A stretch of DNA of 64,000 bases, taken from positions 1,856,001-1,920,000 of the forward strand of contig CAWETU010000001.1 of the NCBI GenBank assembly GCA_963812135.1, read 5' to 3'. Below are positions 50,455-60,333 of the stretch, one piece after another (position 1 is the stretch's first letter; each line of letters begins with the position of its first letter). The translations under genes and the position numbers were made by a program. Origin of the DNA: Vulcanimicrobiota bacterium. Its GTDB lineage: Bacteria; Vulcanimicrobiota; Vulcanimicrobiia; Eremiobacterales; Eremiobacteraceae. Below the pieces are notes generated by a model. That model had not been told where the DNA came from and did no database searches. It saw only the letters and a list, made by a program, of their open reading frames with translations.

Positions 50455-52416
50455 TCACGCAGCCGGCTCGACTTCGACAAGCACGTCGCCAGCATCGACC
50501 CGGTCGCCGGGTCGCACGTTGATCGATTGGACCCGTCCGTCGAACGGTGCGGTGATCGCGTGTTCCATTTTCATCGCCTCGATGACGGCGAGCACCTGAT
50601 GCGCCTTCACGTGTGCGCCTGGCTCGCAATCCACCTTGACCACGGTGCCGCTCATCGGCGCGGTGGCCGATCCGGAACCGCCGTGACCGCTCGCGTGCGC
50701 GCCCGCATGCGTGACGTCTTCGAGCGCATCGAGCACGAACGCCCGTCGAACGGGCGGGTCGCCCACCGCGAGCTCGATGCCACGATCGGTGGGCCACGCG
50801 CGCAGCGATTCCGGTCGCCCGTTGGCGGTCAGCTCGAAGTCAGGAGCCGCGAGCGGTCGAACCGTGGCATCGGTTTGCCCATTTCCAACCAGCCATGCCG
50901 ATGTGCGCCAATCGAATTCGGCCTGCACCGAAGCCGTGGGTGCGCTGAAACGGACCGAGCGACGCTGCGACCCGAGACGCCATGACCCGAGCGACTGGAG
51001 CGCGCCCGCCGCCGCGAGCGTTTCGACGACCTCGCGTTCGGGCGACGTTTGCGGTGGCGCCCAATGATGTTTGTCCAGGAAGTCCGTCGTCGCTTTGCCC
51101 GCGACAAAATCGGGCTCACGCACCAGCCAGCGCAGGAATTCGACGTTGGTCGCGACGCCCGCCACATGGCAATCATGCAGCGCGGCCTGCAAACGCCCCA
51201 GTGCCTCAGCGCGCGATTCGCCATACGCGATCAGTTTTGCGAGCATCGGATCGTAGTCCGTTGTGACGATTGAGCCCGCGGCAATGCCCTCGTCGACGCG
51301 GATACCTGGACCGGACGGCGCGCGGAAGTCGAGCACGCGACCGCTCGACGGCAGAAAGCCGTTGCTCGGATCCTCCGCATAGATACGCACTTCGATCGCG
51401 TGACCGCGCGGTGCGACATCTTTCTGGCGCAGGCTAAGAGGAGCACCGGCCGCGATCTCGATCTGCTCGCGGACGAGGTCCGTGCCGGTGACCATCTCGG
51501 TGACCGGATGCTCCACTTGCAGCCGCGCGTTGACCTCGAGGAAATAGAATTCGCCGTCCGCGTCGAGCATGAACTCGACCGTGCCCGCGTTCTCGTAGCC
51601 GACCGCTTTGGCGATGGCGAGTGCCGCGCTGCCGAGCTTATCGCGCAACTGGGTCGTGACGGCCGGTGAGGGTGTTTCTTCGACGATTTTCTGATGTCGG
51701 CGTTGGATCGAGCAGTCGCGCTCGTTGAGGTGGATATACGCACCGTGACGGTCGCCAAGGATCTGCACTTCCACGTGACGCGGCGATTCCAAGTATCGCT
51801 CAAGAAACACGGTCGCATCGCCGAACGCTGAACGCGCCTCGCGCTGCGCGCCTTCGATGGCCTCACGCAGCTGCGCAGGCTCGCGCACCAGCCGCATGCC
51901 CTTGCCGCCGCCGCCCGCCGCCGCTTTGACGATGAGCGGCGTGCCGATGCGCCGCGCCTCCCTGGAGAACGCCTCGATGGTCTGATCCTCGCCGAGGTAG
52001 CCCGGCACCGTCGGCACGCCGACCTCGGCTGCGATCCGCTTCGCCGCGATCTTATCACCGACGGCTTGCATCGCCGATGGGGGTGGTCCGACGAAGATGA
52101 CGCCTGCATCGAGACAGGCTTGCGCGAAGCGCGCGTTTTCGGAAAGGAAGCCGTAGCCTGGGTGCACGGCGTCGGCGCGAGCGCCACGCACCGCGGCGAT
52201 GACGTTGTCGATGTTGAGATAGGATTCGCGCGCCGGCGCGGGTCCGATGCGGACGGCTTCGTCGCATTCCTGCGTGTGCAGCGCTCCCTCGTCCGCGTCA
52301 GAATAGACGGCGATCGACGTGATACCCATGGCGCGACACGTGCGCGCGATGCGCACCGCGATCTCGCCACGATTCGCGATGAGGAGCCGCTCGATGCGCC
52401 GGATTACGCCTTCCAC
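50455..52416 (-). CDS. Methylcrotonyl-CoA-type carboxylase alpha subunit (biotin carboxylase plus BCCP)
   Basis: IANRGEIA, HPGYGFLSEN, GGGGKGM, RLQVEHPVTE, biotin site EAMKM. Confidence 0.92.
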   Translation of the reverse strand: MEGVIRRIERLLIANRGEIAVRIARTCRAMGITSIAVYSDADEGALHTQECDEAVRIGPAPARESYLNIDNVIAAVRGARADAVHPGYGFLSENARFAQACLDAGVIFVGPPPSAMQAVGDKIAAKRIAAEVGVPTVPGYLGEDQTIEAFSREARRIGTPLIVKAAAGGGGKGMRLVREPAQLREAIEGAQREARSAFGDATVFLERYLESPRHVEVQILGDRHGAYIHLNERDCSIQRRHQKIVEETPSPAVTTQLRDKLGSAALAIAKAVGYENAGTVEFMLDADGEFYFLEVNARLQVEHPVTEMVTGTDLVREQIEIAAGAPLSLRQKDVAPRGHAIEVRIYAEDPSNGFLPSSGRVLDFRAPSGPGIRVDEGIAAGSIVTTDYDPMLAKLIAYGESRAEALGRLQAALHDCHVAGVATNVEFLRWLVREPDFVAGKATTDFLDKHHWAPPQTSPEREVVETLAAAGALQSLGSWRLGSQRRSVRFSAPTASVQAEFDWRTSAWLVGNGQTDATVRPLAAPDFELTANGRPESLRAWPTDRGIELAVGDPPVRRAFVLDALEDVTHAGAHASGHGGSGSATAPMSGTVVKVDCEPGAHVKAHQVLAVIEAMKMEHAITAPFDGRVQSINVRPGDRVDAGDVLVEVEPAA

Positions 52417-53183
52417 GAAGGATTGCGCTTTTCGAGAAATGCGCGCAGCCCTTCTTGCCCCTCGGCGCTCGTGCGTTGGTTCGCCAGACGACGCGCGGTC
52501 CATGGGCCGACCTGTTCGGGCGCAAGCCGCGGCACGTTGAGGGCGATCTCCTTGGCCAGCCGCGTCGCGGCCGGACCGCCGCTGAGCACTTCACCACAGA
52601 CCGCTTGCACGGCCGCATCGAGATTGGCGCCCGGCACGACGTCATGGACGAGGCCGATGCGCATCGCGCGTTGGGCGTCGAATCGTTCGCCCGTCGTGAA
52701 GAGCGCGCGGGCATGCGTCTCGCCGATCTTGGCGATGACGAATGGCGAGATGACGGCCGGCACAAGGCCGAGTTTCACTTCGGTGAAGCCAAACGTTGTG
52801 TCGTCGGCGGCGATCACGCGGTCGCATGCCGCCAGCACGCCCGCGCCGCCGCCCAATGCCGCACCGTGGACGCGCGCGATGACGGGCACCGGGCAGGCGT
52901 TTACGGCGTGCAGCATGCCGGCGAGCTTCATAGAATCCTCAAGATTCTGGTCGGCCGTCATGTCAAGACTGGTCTGCATGTAGTTGATGTCCGCGCCGCC
53001 GCAAAACACGGGGCCTTCTCCGGCGAGGACGACGACGCGCAGCGCATCGTCTTTGGAAAACCCGTCGAAGATGCCCCTGATCGTCTGGATCATGACCGGA
53101 TCGAACGCGTTGCGCTTCTCCGGATTGTTCAGCGTCACGCGCGCGACGCCGCCGTCGCGGGCGAGGGTCACAATGTCGGCCAT
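52404..53183 (-). CDS. Enoyl-CoA hydratase (methylglutaconyl-CoA hydratase-like)
   Basis: ATG 53183; NNPEKRNAF, FCGGAD, ALGGGAG, EVKLGLVPA, EGQEG. Confidence 0.88.
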   Translation of the reverse strand: MADIVTLARDGGVARVTLNNPEKRNAFDPVMIQTIRGIFDGFSKDDALRVVVLAGEGPVFCGGADINYMQTSLDMTADQNLEDSMKLAGMLHAVNACPVPVIARVHGAALGGGAGVLAACDRVIAADDTTFGFTEVKLGLVPAVISPFVIAKIGETHARALFTTGERFDAQRAMRIGLVHDVVPGANLDAAVQAVCGEVLSGGPAATRLAKEIALNVPRLAPEQVGPWTARRLANQRTSAEGQEGLRAFLEKRNPSWKA

Positions 53184-53200
53184 GTCTGCCCCTTTGTTTT

Positions 53201-53248
53201 CGGTCGAATAAATTCGACCGCTACATCCGAGTTTTGCTCGGGTCCTAC
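53201..53248 (-). repeat. Composite REP (class B followed by class A)
   Basis: GTAG-GACCCGAGC-AAA-ACTCGG-AT-GTAG-CGGTCGAA-TTTA-TTCGACCG. Confidence 0.85.
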
Positions 53249-54853
53249 ATCCGGAAAACGCCGAACGTCGTCGGCTCGAGCGGCGCGTTCGCCGCGGCGG
53301 AGATGCCCATCGCGAGCACGTGGCGCGTATCGGCCGGATCGATGATCCCGTCATCCCATAAGCGCGCGGTGCTGTAGTACGGGTTGCCTTCCGCCTCATA
53401 CTTCTCAAGTGTCGGGCGCATGAACTCCTCACGCTCTTGCGGCTGTCATCGTCTCGCCCTTCTTCTCGAGCGCCTCGAGCCGCACGGTGAGCAGCACGTT
53501 CGCGGCCTGCGGGCCGCCCATCACCGAAATGCGTGCGTTGGGCCACATCCACAGCTGGCGCGGCGAGAACGCGCGTCCGCACATGCCGTAATTGCCGGCG
53601 CCGAACGATCCGCCGATGATCACGGTGAATTTCGGCACGTTCGCGTTGGCGACCGCCATCACCAACTTGGCGCCGTCCTTGGCGATGCCGCCTTCTTCGT
53701 ATTTCTTGCCGACCATGAAGCCGGTGATATTCTGCAAGAAGATGAGCGGCACGCCGCGCTGGCACGCGATTTCGATGAAATGCGTCCCCTTGAGCGCACT
53801 CTCGGAGAACAAGATGCCGTTGTTCGCAAGGATGCCGACCGGGTTGCCTTCGATGTGCGCGAAGCCGCAGATCAGCGTCTCGCCGTAGAGCGCTTTGAAC
53901 TCGTGGAACTCGCTGCCGTCGACGATGCGCGCGATGACCTCGCGGACGTCGTACGGTTTGCGCCAATCGCGCTGCACGATGCCGTACATCTCGCGCGGGT
54001 CGTACTTAGGCGCACGCGGCTCGGTGACCGACCACGGCGTTTTTTTGCGCCGGTTGAGATTCGCCACGATCTCGCGGCACATCGCCAGCGCATGCCGGTC
54101 GTTGAGGGCCAAGTGGTCGCTCACGCCCGAGATGCGCGTATGGACGTCGGCGCCGCCAAGCTCTTCGGCGGTGACGATTTCGCCAGTCGCCGCTTTCACG
54201 AGCGGCGGCCCACCCAAAAAGATCGTCCCTTCGCCTTTGACGATGATCGACTCGTCGGACATCGCGGGCACGTACGCGCCGCCGGCGGTGCACGATCCCA
54301 TCACGGAGGCGATCTGCGGGATGCGTTTGCTCGACATCTGCGCTTGGTTGTAGAAAATGCGTCCGAAATGATCGCGATCGGGAAACACTTGGTCCTGAAG
54401 CGGCAAGAACGCGCCGCCCGAATCGACGAGATAGATGCACGGCAGGTGGTTCTGCTCGGCGATCTCCTGCGCGCGCAGATGCTTCTTGACGGTGATCGGG
54501 AAATACGTGCCGCCTTTGACGGTCGCGTCGTTGCCGACGATGACGCACTCGACGCCTTCGACGCTGCCGATGCCGGTCACGATGCCGGCGCTCGGCGCCT
54601 CGTTCTTGTACATCCCCCACGCGGCCAGCGGCGATAGCTCGAGAAACGAGGAGTTCGCGTCGACGAGCAGATCGATCCGCTCGCGCACCGGCAGCTTGCC
54701 GCGCGCCACGTGTTTGGCCAACGCTTCGGCGCCGCCGCCTTGGGAGACAAGCGTTTGGCGCTGCGCGAGCTCCTCGAGCAACGTCACGAAGTACTCGCGA
54801 TTGGCGGCGAACTCTTTCGAAGCAGTATCGACGCGCGATTGAATGACAGCCAT
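53245..54853 (-). CDS. Methylcrotonyl-CoA carboxylase beta (carboxyltransferase) subunit; frameshift at about 53440
   Basis: [28 protein letters not shown]-terminus STARLWDDG...FGVFRM in another frame. Confidence 0.92.
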
Positions 54854-54921
54854 CGTGCGCGGTCCACTTAACTCTCGCAAGGGACGGCGCCTGCTCGGGG
54901 CCAACGAGGAGCGTCGAAAGC

Positions 54922-55797
54922 ATGTCCAGCGTTTTTGAGTGCGTGCCAAACGTTTCAGAAGGGCGGCGCGCCGATGTCATCGCGGAGATCGCGCGCGACG
55001 CTGCAGGACGCGATGTCGTCCTGCTCGACACGCAAAGCGATAGCGCGCACAACCGCTCCGTCTACACGCTCGTCGGCACGGGTGACGGCGTGCTCGGCGC
55101 CGCGCTGCGGATCGCCGGCGCCGCGGTCAAGCTGATCGACCTGCGCACGCACACCGGCGAACACCCGCGCATGGGCGCGGTCGATGTCATCCCCTTCATC
55201 CCGGTGAGCGGCGCGACCATGGATGACGCGGTGGCACTGGCGCACTCGTGCGCGGAAGAGCTGTGGAAGCAGTATCGACTGCCTTCTTATTACTACGAGT
55301 TCGCCGCGACGCGGCCGGAGCGGCGCGACCTCGGCAACGTCCGCAAGGGACAGTTCGAAGGCTTGCTCGAGGCGGTCAAAGAGCCCGCGCGCCATCCCGA
55401 CGTCGGGGAGCCCGCGCTGCACCCGAGCGCCGGCATCGTCGCTGTCGGCGCCCGCAATTTCCTGATCGCCTTCAACGTGAACCTCGCGACCGGCGATCTC
55501 AAGCTTGCCGAACGCATCGCGCATGCAGTGCGGCGGCGCAGCGGCGGACTGCTCGGCATCAAGGCGCTCGGCTTCGCGCTCTCCGACTCGATCGTGCAGG
55601 TGTCGATGAACGTCGTCGACGTCAATGCGATTCCGCTCTACCGGGTGACCGAGCTCATCCGGCGCGAAGCCGCCGCGGCCGGCGTCGCCGTCAGCGGGTG
55701 CGAGCTCGTCGGGTTGTCGCCGCTGTCCGCGATCGCCGAATCCGCGGCGTACTACCTTCATCTCGAAGCGCTCGATCCGCGCGCGGTGACGTGGTAG
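54922..55797 (+). CDS. ftcD: Glutamate formiminotransferase
   Basis: [32 protein letters not shown]. Confidence 0.92.
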   Translation: MSSVFECVPNVSEGRRADVIAEIARDAAGRDVVLLDTQSDSAHNRSVYTLVGTGDGVLGAALRIAGAAVKLIDLRTHTGEHPRMGAVDVIPFIPVSGATMDDAVALAHSCAEELWKQYRLPSYYYEFAATRPERRDLGNVRKGQFEGLLEAVKEPARHPDVGEPALHPSAGIVAVGARNFLIAFNVNLATGDLKLAERIAHAVRRRSGGLLGIKALGFALSDSIVQVSMNVVDVNAIPLYRVTELIRREAAAAGVAVSGCELVGLSPLSAIAESAAYYLHLEALDPRAVTW

Positions 55798-57051
55798 CAG
55801 GCCCAGGCGCGTCGTCGTACGCTTTGGTCAACGCAGTCGCCATCACGATGGCCCCGTTGGCCGCGCGCGTAGACGGCGACCCGCGCGTCAGCGACGATGA
55901 CCTTGGCATCGTGCGCGACGCGACGATCGTCGTGCGCGACGGTGTGATCGAATTCGTAGGACCCGAGCGAAGCTCGGGTGTCGCCGCGAGCGAAGCTCGC
56001 GGTCTCACGACCTACAATGCGGGCGGTTGCGTCGTCATGCCCGGGTTCGTCGACGCGCACACCCACGCGCTGTTCGCGGGCGATCGCGTTGCCGATTTCG
56101 AGGCGCTTGCGCGTGGCGAGCCGCCCTCGCTCGGCATCGGCTTCACCGTGGCGCAGACTCGCAAGCTCGACGAGGCCGCATTGGTCGCGAAAGGCAGACG
56201 CAAACTCGCAGCCATGCTCGCGCACGGCACGACGACCGCCGAGGTGAAGACCGGTTACGCCTTGAGTGCCGACGGCGAAGTCAGGCTGTTACGTGCACTC
56301 GCGCAGCTCGATGCCTTGGATGACACGCCGCACGTGATCGCCACCTTTTGCGGCGCGCACGCGCTGCCGCCGGAATTCACTTCATACGACGCGTTTGTGG
56401 ACGAGCTGGTCGCGCGGATCTTGCCGGCGGCCGCCGACACGAAGATCGCGCGCTTCGCCGACGCGTTTTGCGAACAGGGCTTCTTCAGCCCCGCTCAGAG
56501 CCGGCGCTTTCTCGAGGCGTGCGCCGCCCGCGGCCTACAGCTGCGCATCCACGCCGATGAGCTTTCGCATTCCGGCGGTGCGGCAGTCGCCGCGCAACTG
56601 CGTTGCACGTCGGCCGATCATCTCAACCATATCGCGAGCGCCGAGATCCCAGCGCTGCGCGAGTGCCGGAACATCTGCCGTCCTGTGTCCGGCGACGGCG
56701 CAATACATGGATCTGCCGTTCGCGCCCGCGCGAGCGCTCATCGATGGCGGCGTGCCCGTCTCGCTGGCGACCGACTTCAATCCGGGCACGTGCCCGTGCT
56801 TCTCATTGCAAGAGGTCGCGCATCTGGCTCGGCGGCGCATGCGCATGAGCATCGCCGAAACCATCGCCGGCGTCACCGTCTTCGCCGCGCGCTCGCTCGA
56901 CGCGGCCGGTGTGGCTGGCTGCATCGCACCAGGCCGGCCCGCCGATCTCGTCCAGCTCGAGACGCTAGATCATCGCGAGTTCGGCTATTATTTCGGGGTC
57001 AACCTCGTCACACGGTCATTCGTTGGACACAAGGGGGAGCATGTCGCTTGA
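55791..57051 (+). CDS. hutI: Imidazolonepropionase; frameshift at about 56660
   Basis: PGFVDAHTH, GTTTAEVKTGY, GAHA, HADEL, SADHL, then LATDFNPG in the next frame. Confidence 0.9.
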
Positions 57052-57613
57052 ACTGATCAGCGCTATTGCGAGTCTGACGACCGCGGTGGTCATCGGAGCG
57101 ACCGCGATCGCCGCGCTCATCCAGCTGCGTCACATGCGGGCCAGCAACCAGATCACCGGTTTCCTCACGCTGCGCAACATGCTCGACGACGACGCGCACC
57201 AGCGCGCGCTCGCGTTGCTCCACCGCGAAGGTGATCTTTCGCAAGACGAGGGGTATCGACGCTTCGTCGCGGACGATGCGGCCTTAAAACCGACCGGCGG
57301 TCAAACGCACTACGAGGAGATTCGCGCGGCCGTTCTGATAATGGCAAATTCGGTTGAGGTGATCGGCACGCTCGTTCGGAACGGCGTCGTCGATGACCGG
57401 ATGTTTTTCGAACAGTATTTTGGCACGATCGACGGATTGTGGTTGCGACTCCAAGGGCACGTCGCGTTGGAGCGTGGTATGCATCACGACGATGCCATTT
57501 GGGAGGACTTCGAATACCTCGCCGCTCGCTCGCGCCAGTTCGCCCAAGAGCACCCGAGCGTTTACCCGTCGGGCGTGCCGCGGCTCTTGCCTCCTCAAGC
57601 GAAAAAAGAGTGA
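57041..57613 (+). CDS. Membrane-anchored hypothetical protein, DUF4760-like paralog 2
   Basis: ATG 57041 with GGGGAG RBS; TAIAALIQLRHMRASNQ, WEDFEYLA, YPSGVPRL. Confidence 0.85.
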   Translation: MSLELISAIASLTTAVVIGATAIAALIQLRHMRASNQITGFLTLRNMLDDDAHQRALALLHREGDLSQDEGYRRFVADDAALKPTGGQTHYEEIRAAVLIMANSVEVIGTLVRNGVVDDRMFFEQYFGTIDGLWLRLQGHVALERGMHHDDAIWEDFEYLAARSRQFAQEHPSVYPSGVPRLLPPQAKKE

Positions 57614-57621
57614 CCGAACAG

Positions 57622-57649
57622 AGGTTTGATGCTGCAATCGCTAGGGTAT
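57622..57649 (+). promoter_or_regulatory. SigB/SigF-type promoter
   Basis: AGGTTT-N16-GGGTAT ending 13 nt before the start of an RsbW-like gene. Confidence 0.65.
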
Positions 57650-57662
57650 ATGGCGTCCAACT

Positions 57663-58082
57663 GTGCCTGAGTCATTAGGGCAAGACGGCTTCGACGCGCT
57701 TTTCCCGAGCGCGTATCGCTCCGTCGCCGAAGCCCGCCATGCGGTTGCCGACTATGCCATCGACTGCGGTTTCGACTATGCAGACGTTTGCGATATCGCG
57801 TTAGCCGTCGGCGAGGCATGCAACAACGCCGCGGAGCACGGCCACGTCGCGAGCGGCCACTTCCGGCTTGGGGCGACTTTTGATGGCGTTGACTTGAGCA
57901 TCGTGGTGTCTGATAAGGGAACCGGTTTTGACGTCCGCAAGGTTCCAGGTACGATTAAGCTCGACGCCATGGACCGCGGCATGGGCATGTTCCTGATGCG
58001 CGCGCTCATGGATCGCGTCGAGCACGATTGCACGGGCGACGGCACGACCGTCCGACTGGTGAAGCGTCGGCGGTTACATTAG
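57663..58082 (+). CDS. RsbW/SpoIIAB-like anti-sigma factor (HATPase_c domain)
   Basis: LAVGEACNNAAEHG, VSDKGTGF, RGMGMFLMRALMD, GTTVRL. Confidence 0.88.
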   Translation: MPESLGQDGFDALFPSAYRSVAEARHAVADYAIDCGFDYADVCDIALAVGEACNNAAEHGHVASGHFRLGATFDGVDLSIVVSDKGTGFDVRKVPGTIKLDAMDRGMGMFLMRALMDRVEHDCTGDGTTVRLVKRRRLH

Positions 58083-58085
58083 CAA

Positions 58086-58109
58086 CGGTCGAATAAATTC
58101 GACCGCTAC
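58086..58109 (-). repeat. REP class A copy between convergent genes
   Basis: GTAG-CGGTCGAA-TTTA-TTCGACCG; its TAG is the pfk stop codon. Confidence 0.85.
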
Positions 58110-59352
58110 ATCACGACGGGTTCGAAGCGGGTCTTGAAATCCGCCGCCGACATGCCGGCGGTTTTCGCCAGCTCGCCTAGGCGCGGCTGCTCGAAATCAT
58201 CTTTTTCGAGCCGGATCATATATTTGCGCGCGACCTCGTAGGCCTCGGTCGACGTGTCGACCTGCCGCACGCGGATGCGACCGGTGGCGGGGTCGAGCAT
58301 GTCCTGCAGCGTGACCGGCGTCACCTTGCCGCCGCGCAGCGCGATCATCGCGCCCGAGCCGCCGCTCATGAGGTAGCGCACCGCCCCGTAGCCCAGCGTG
58401 CGCGCGTACTCAACGTCGAACGCGACCGGTTTGGCGCAGCGCAGCTCGTAGCCGATCTCTTTCTTGATCACCGTGGCCTTGATGTGCAGCGCCTCCAAAC
58501 GCTGGCGCACGAATCCGCGCACGGCGTCGCCGACGTCGAGGTCGCTGATGCGGATATGGCCGTATTGGTCGCGCGGCAGGTTTTTCAACCCTTCGAGCGC
58601 CTGCTCGTCAAGCCGCTCGACAACGCCCTCGGCCACGATGGCGACGCCGTGATCGTGACCCATCCAGCGCCGCTTGATGATGCTGCCGATGATGATGTCG
58701 GCGACGCGCTCGAGCGAGACCTTCGAGTCCCCGAATTCCTCCGGGATGACCGCCAGCGTGCCGCCGGCCGATTTGCAGATGCCAAGCGCAAGCGCGCCCG
58801 ATTTGCGCCCCATGCAAACGGCGGTATACCAACGTGTCGTCGTCTTCGCATCTTCCATGAGGCTCTCGACGATGTCGGTGCCGACCTCTCGTGCCGTCTC
58901 GAAGCCGAACGTCGGCATGTTATCGGGCAACGGCAAGATCATTGTCGATCGTCTTGGGGACCGTGGCGACGTGGATGTCGCCGCCCGCGGCTTGCGCGAT
59001 CTTGGCCGCGCCGAACGTCGTGTCGTCGCCGCCGATGCAGATCAAGTGCGTGATGCCGAGCACGCGCAGCACCGAGACGCAGTTCGAGAGACTCTCGTCG
59101 TCCTTGGCCGGGTTGGTGCGAGACGTGCGCAGCAACGAGCCGCCGGTCCAATGGATGCGGCTCACGTCGTCGATGTGCAGCTCGGTGGCATGACTCTGCG
59201 TCGCGCTGCGCCAGCCATTGATAGCCGTCGTAGATGCCGAGCACGCGGCAGCCTTCATTGATGGCCTCAATCGTCGCGGCCGCGATGACGCCGTTGATGC
59301 CCGGCGCCGGCCCGCCGCCGACGAGAATGCCGAACGTCGGTATCGTTTTCAT
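58106..59352 (-). CDS. 6-phosphofructokinase, probably PPi-dependent; frameshifts at about 59195 and 58935
   Basis: GGGPAPGIN, IGGDDT, PKTIDNDL, MGR, IGYELRC across three frames. Confidence 0.88.
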
Positions 59353-59909
59353 GTCTGCTTACGCCTCGCGTCGGCGACGTCAAACTCAGCCATCCGCGGC
59401 GTGCCCTTGGGATAGGCGCCATCGGGGTAGCGCCGCTGCCACAGCATCGCTCGCGCGGCAAGATACTCGAAATTCTCAAACGCAGACAGGCCCGCGCGCG
59501 AGCGCATCGCCGTGATCGGGACTTCAAGCAGGCGCCACGCGGCCACGACCTGCGAGGAGAGGATGTCGAGCCACGAGCGCTCGTCGACGAGCTCCCATTT
59601 CGCGAAGGTGCCGATCTGCTCCCAAAAATCAGCGACTAGCATCTCCGGGTGGCTCGCGCGAGAGATACCGCCTGCCGCGTACTCGGCTAGGACCGCCGGA
59701 TCTTTGAGCTTTTCTGGCAGCACCGTGCGCGTATACTGGATGTGGTTCTGCATCTCGGGCGAATCCCACATCTGCATGAGCGTGAGGAGCGCGTTGAGTT
59801 GGTTGCCTGCGCGGAGATGGCGTAACTGAATGACCGCGGCGATCGCCGTCGCCGCGATGACGACGAACGTCGCGCCCGCAAATATCGTGTTCCACAACTC
59901 AAGTGGCAT
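59349..59909 (-). CDS. Membrane-anchored hypothetical protein, DUF4760-like paralog 3
   Basis: TAIAAVIQLRHLRAGNQ, FWEQIG, FENFEYLA, YPKGTPRM; stop overlaps the pfk ATG. Confidence 0.85.
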   Translation of the reverse strand: MPLELWNTIFAGATFVVIAATAIAAVIQLRHLRAGNQLNALLTLMQMWDSPEMQNHIQYTRTVLPEKLKDPAVLAEYAAGGISRASHPEMLVADFWEQIGTFAKWELVDERSWLDILSSQVVAAWRLLEVPITAMRSRAGLSAFENFEYLAARAMLWQRRYPDGAYPKGTPRMAEFDVADARRKQT

Positions 59910-60333
59910 GCGCGGCAAGGTCTCTTTCAACGAATGAGCTATACCTGTGCAAAACCCAAAGACCCCAAACCGCTACGGCTTCCCAAAGAACAGCGGCAGC
60001 GATCAGGGCAGCCGGGTGCGCGGCTGCAATCGGAATGTCCAGAATGCTCCACGTCGGTTGCACTCTACCACCGAAGACGATCAACAAAGCTAGTGGGGTG
60101 GCGATCGCGCTGATCCACGTGAAAACCCGAGCCCATGTCCACCAGCGCCGCTCTCCCCGAATGAGCCCGGGTCCGATCCACAAACTCAACACACCGAAAT
60201 CGAGATTGATATGCAGGATGAACGCGCCGACTAAAATGTGAAGAACGGAGACAACTCCTCCAAGAAAAAAGAGCACCCCAAGAACATACACCGGCCTAGG
60301 CACATCGTCTTGGGGGAGCACTCTAAGCGTCAT
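59899..60333 (-). CDS. Small multi-pass membrane hypothetical protein
   Basis: About four hydrophobic segments; overlaps both neighbours by 11 nt; visibly less GC-rich. Confidence 0.7.
   Translation of the reverse strand: MTLRVLPQDDVPRPVYVLGVLFFLGGVVSVLHILVGAFILHINLDFGVLSLWIGPGLIRGERRWWTWARVFTWISAIATPLALLIVFGGRVQPTWSILDIPIAAAHPAALIAAAVLWEAVAVWGLWVLHRYSSFVERDLAAHAT

Noticed and set aside
41900..59300. Programmed ribosomal frameshifting or phase variation
   Set aside because: No slippery heptamers or simple-sequence tracts at the breaks; too many unrelated genes are affected.
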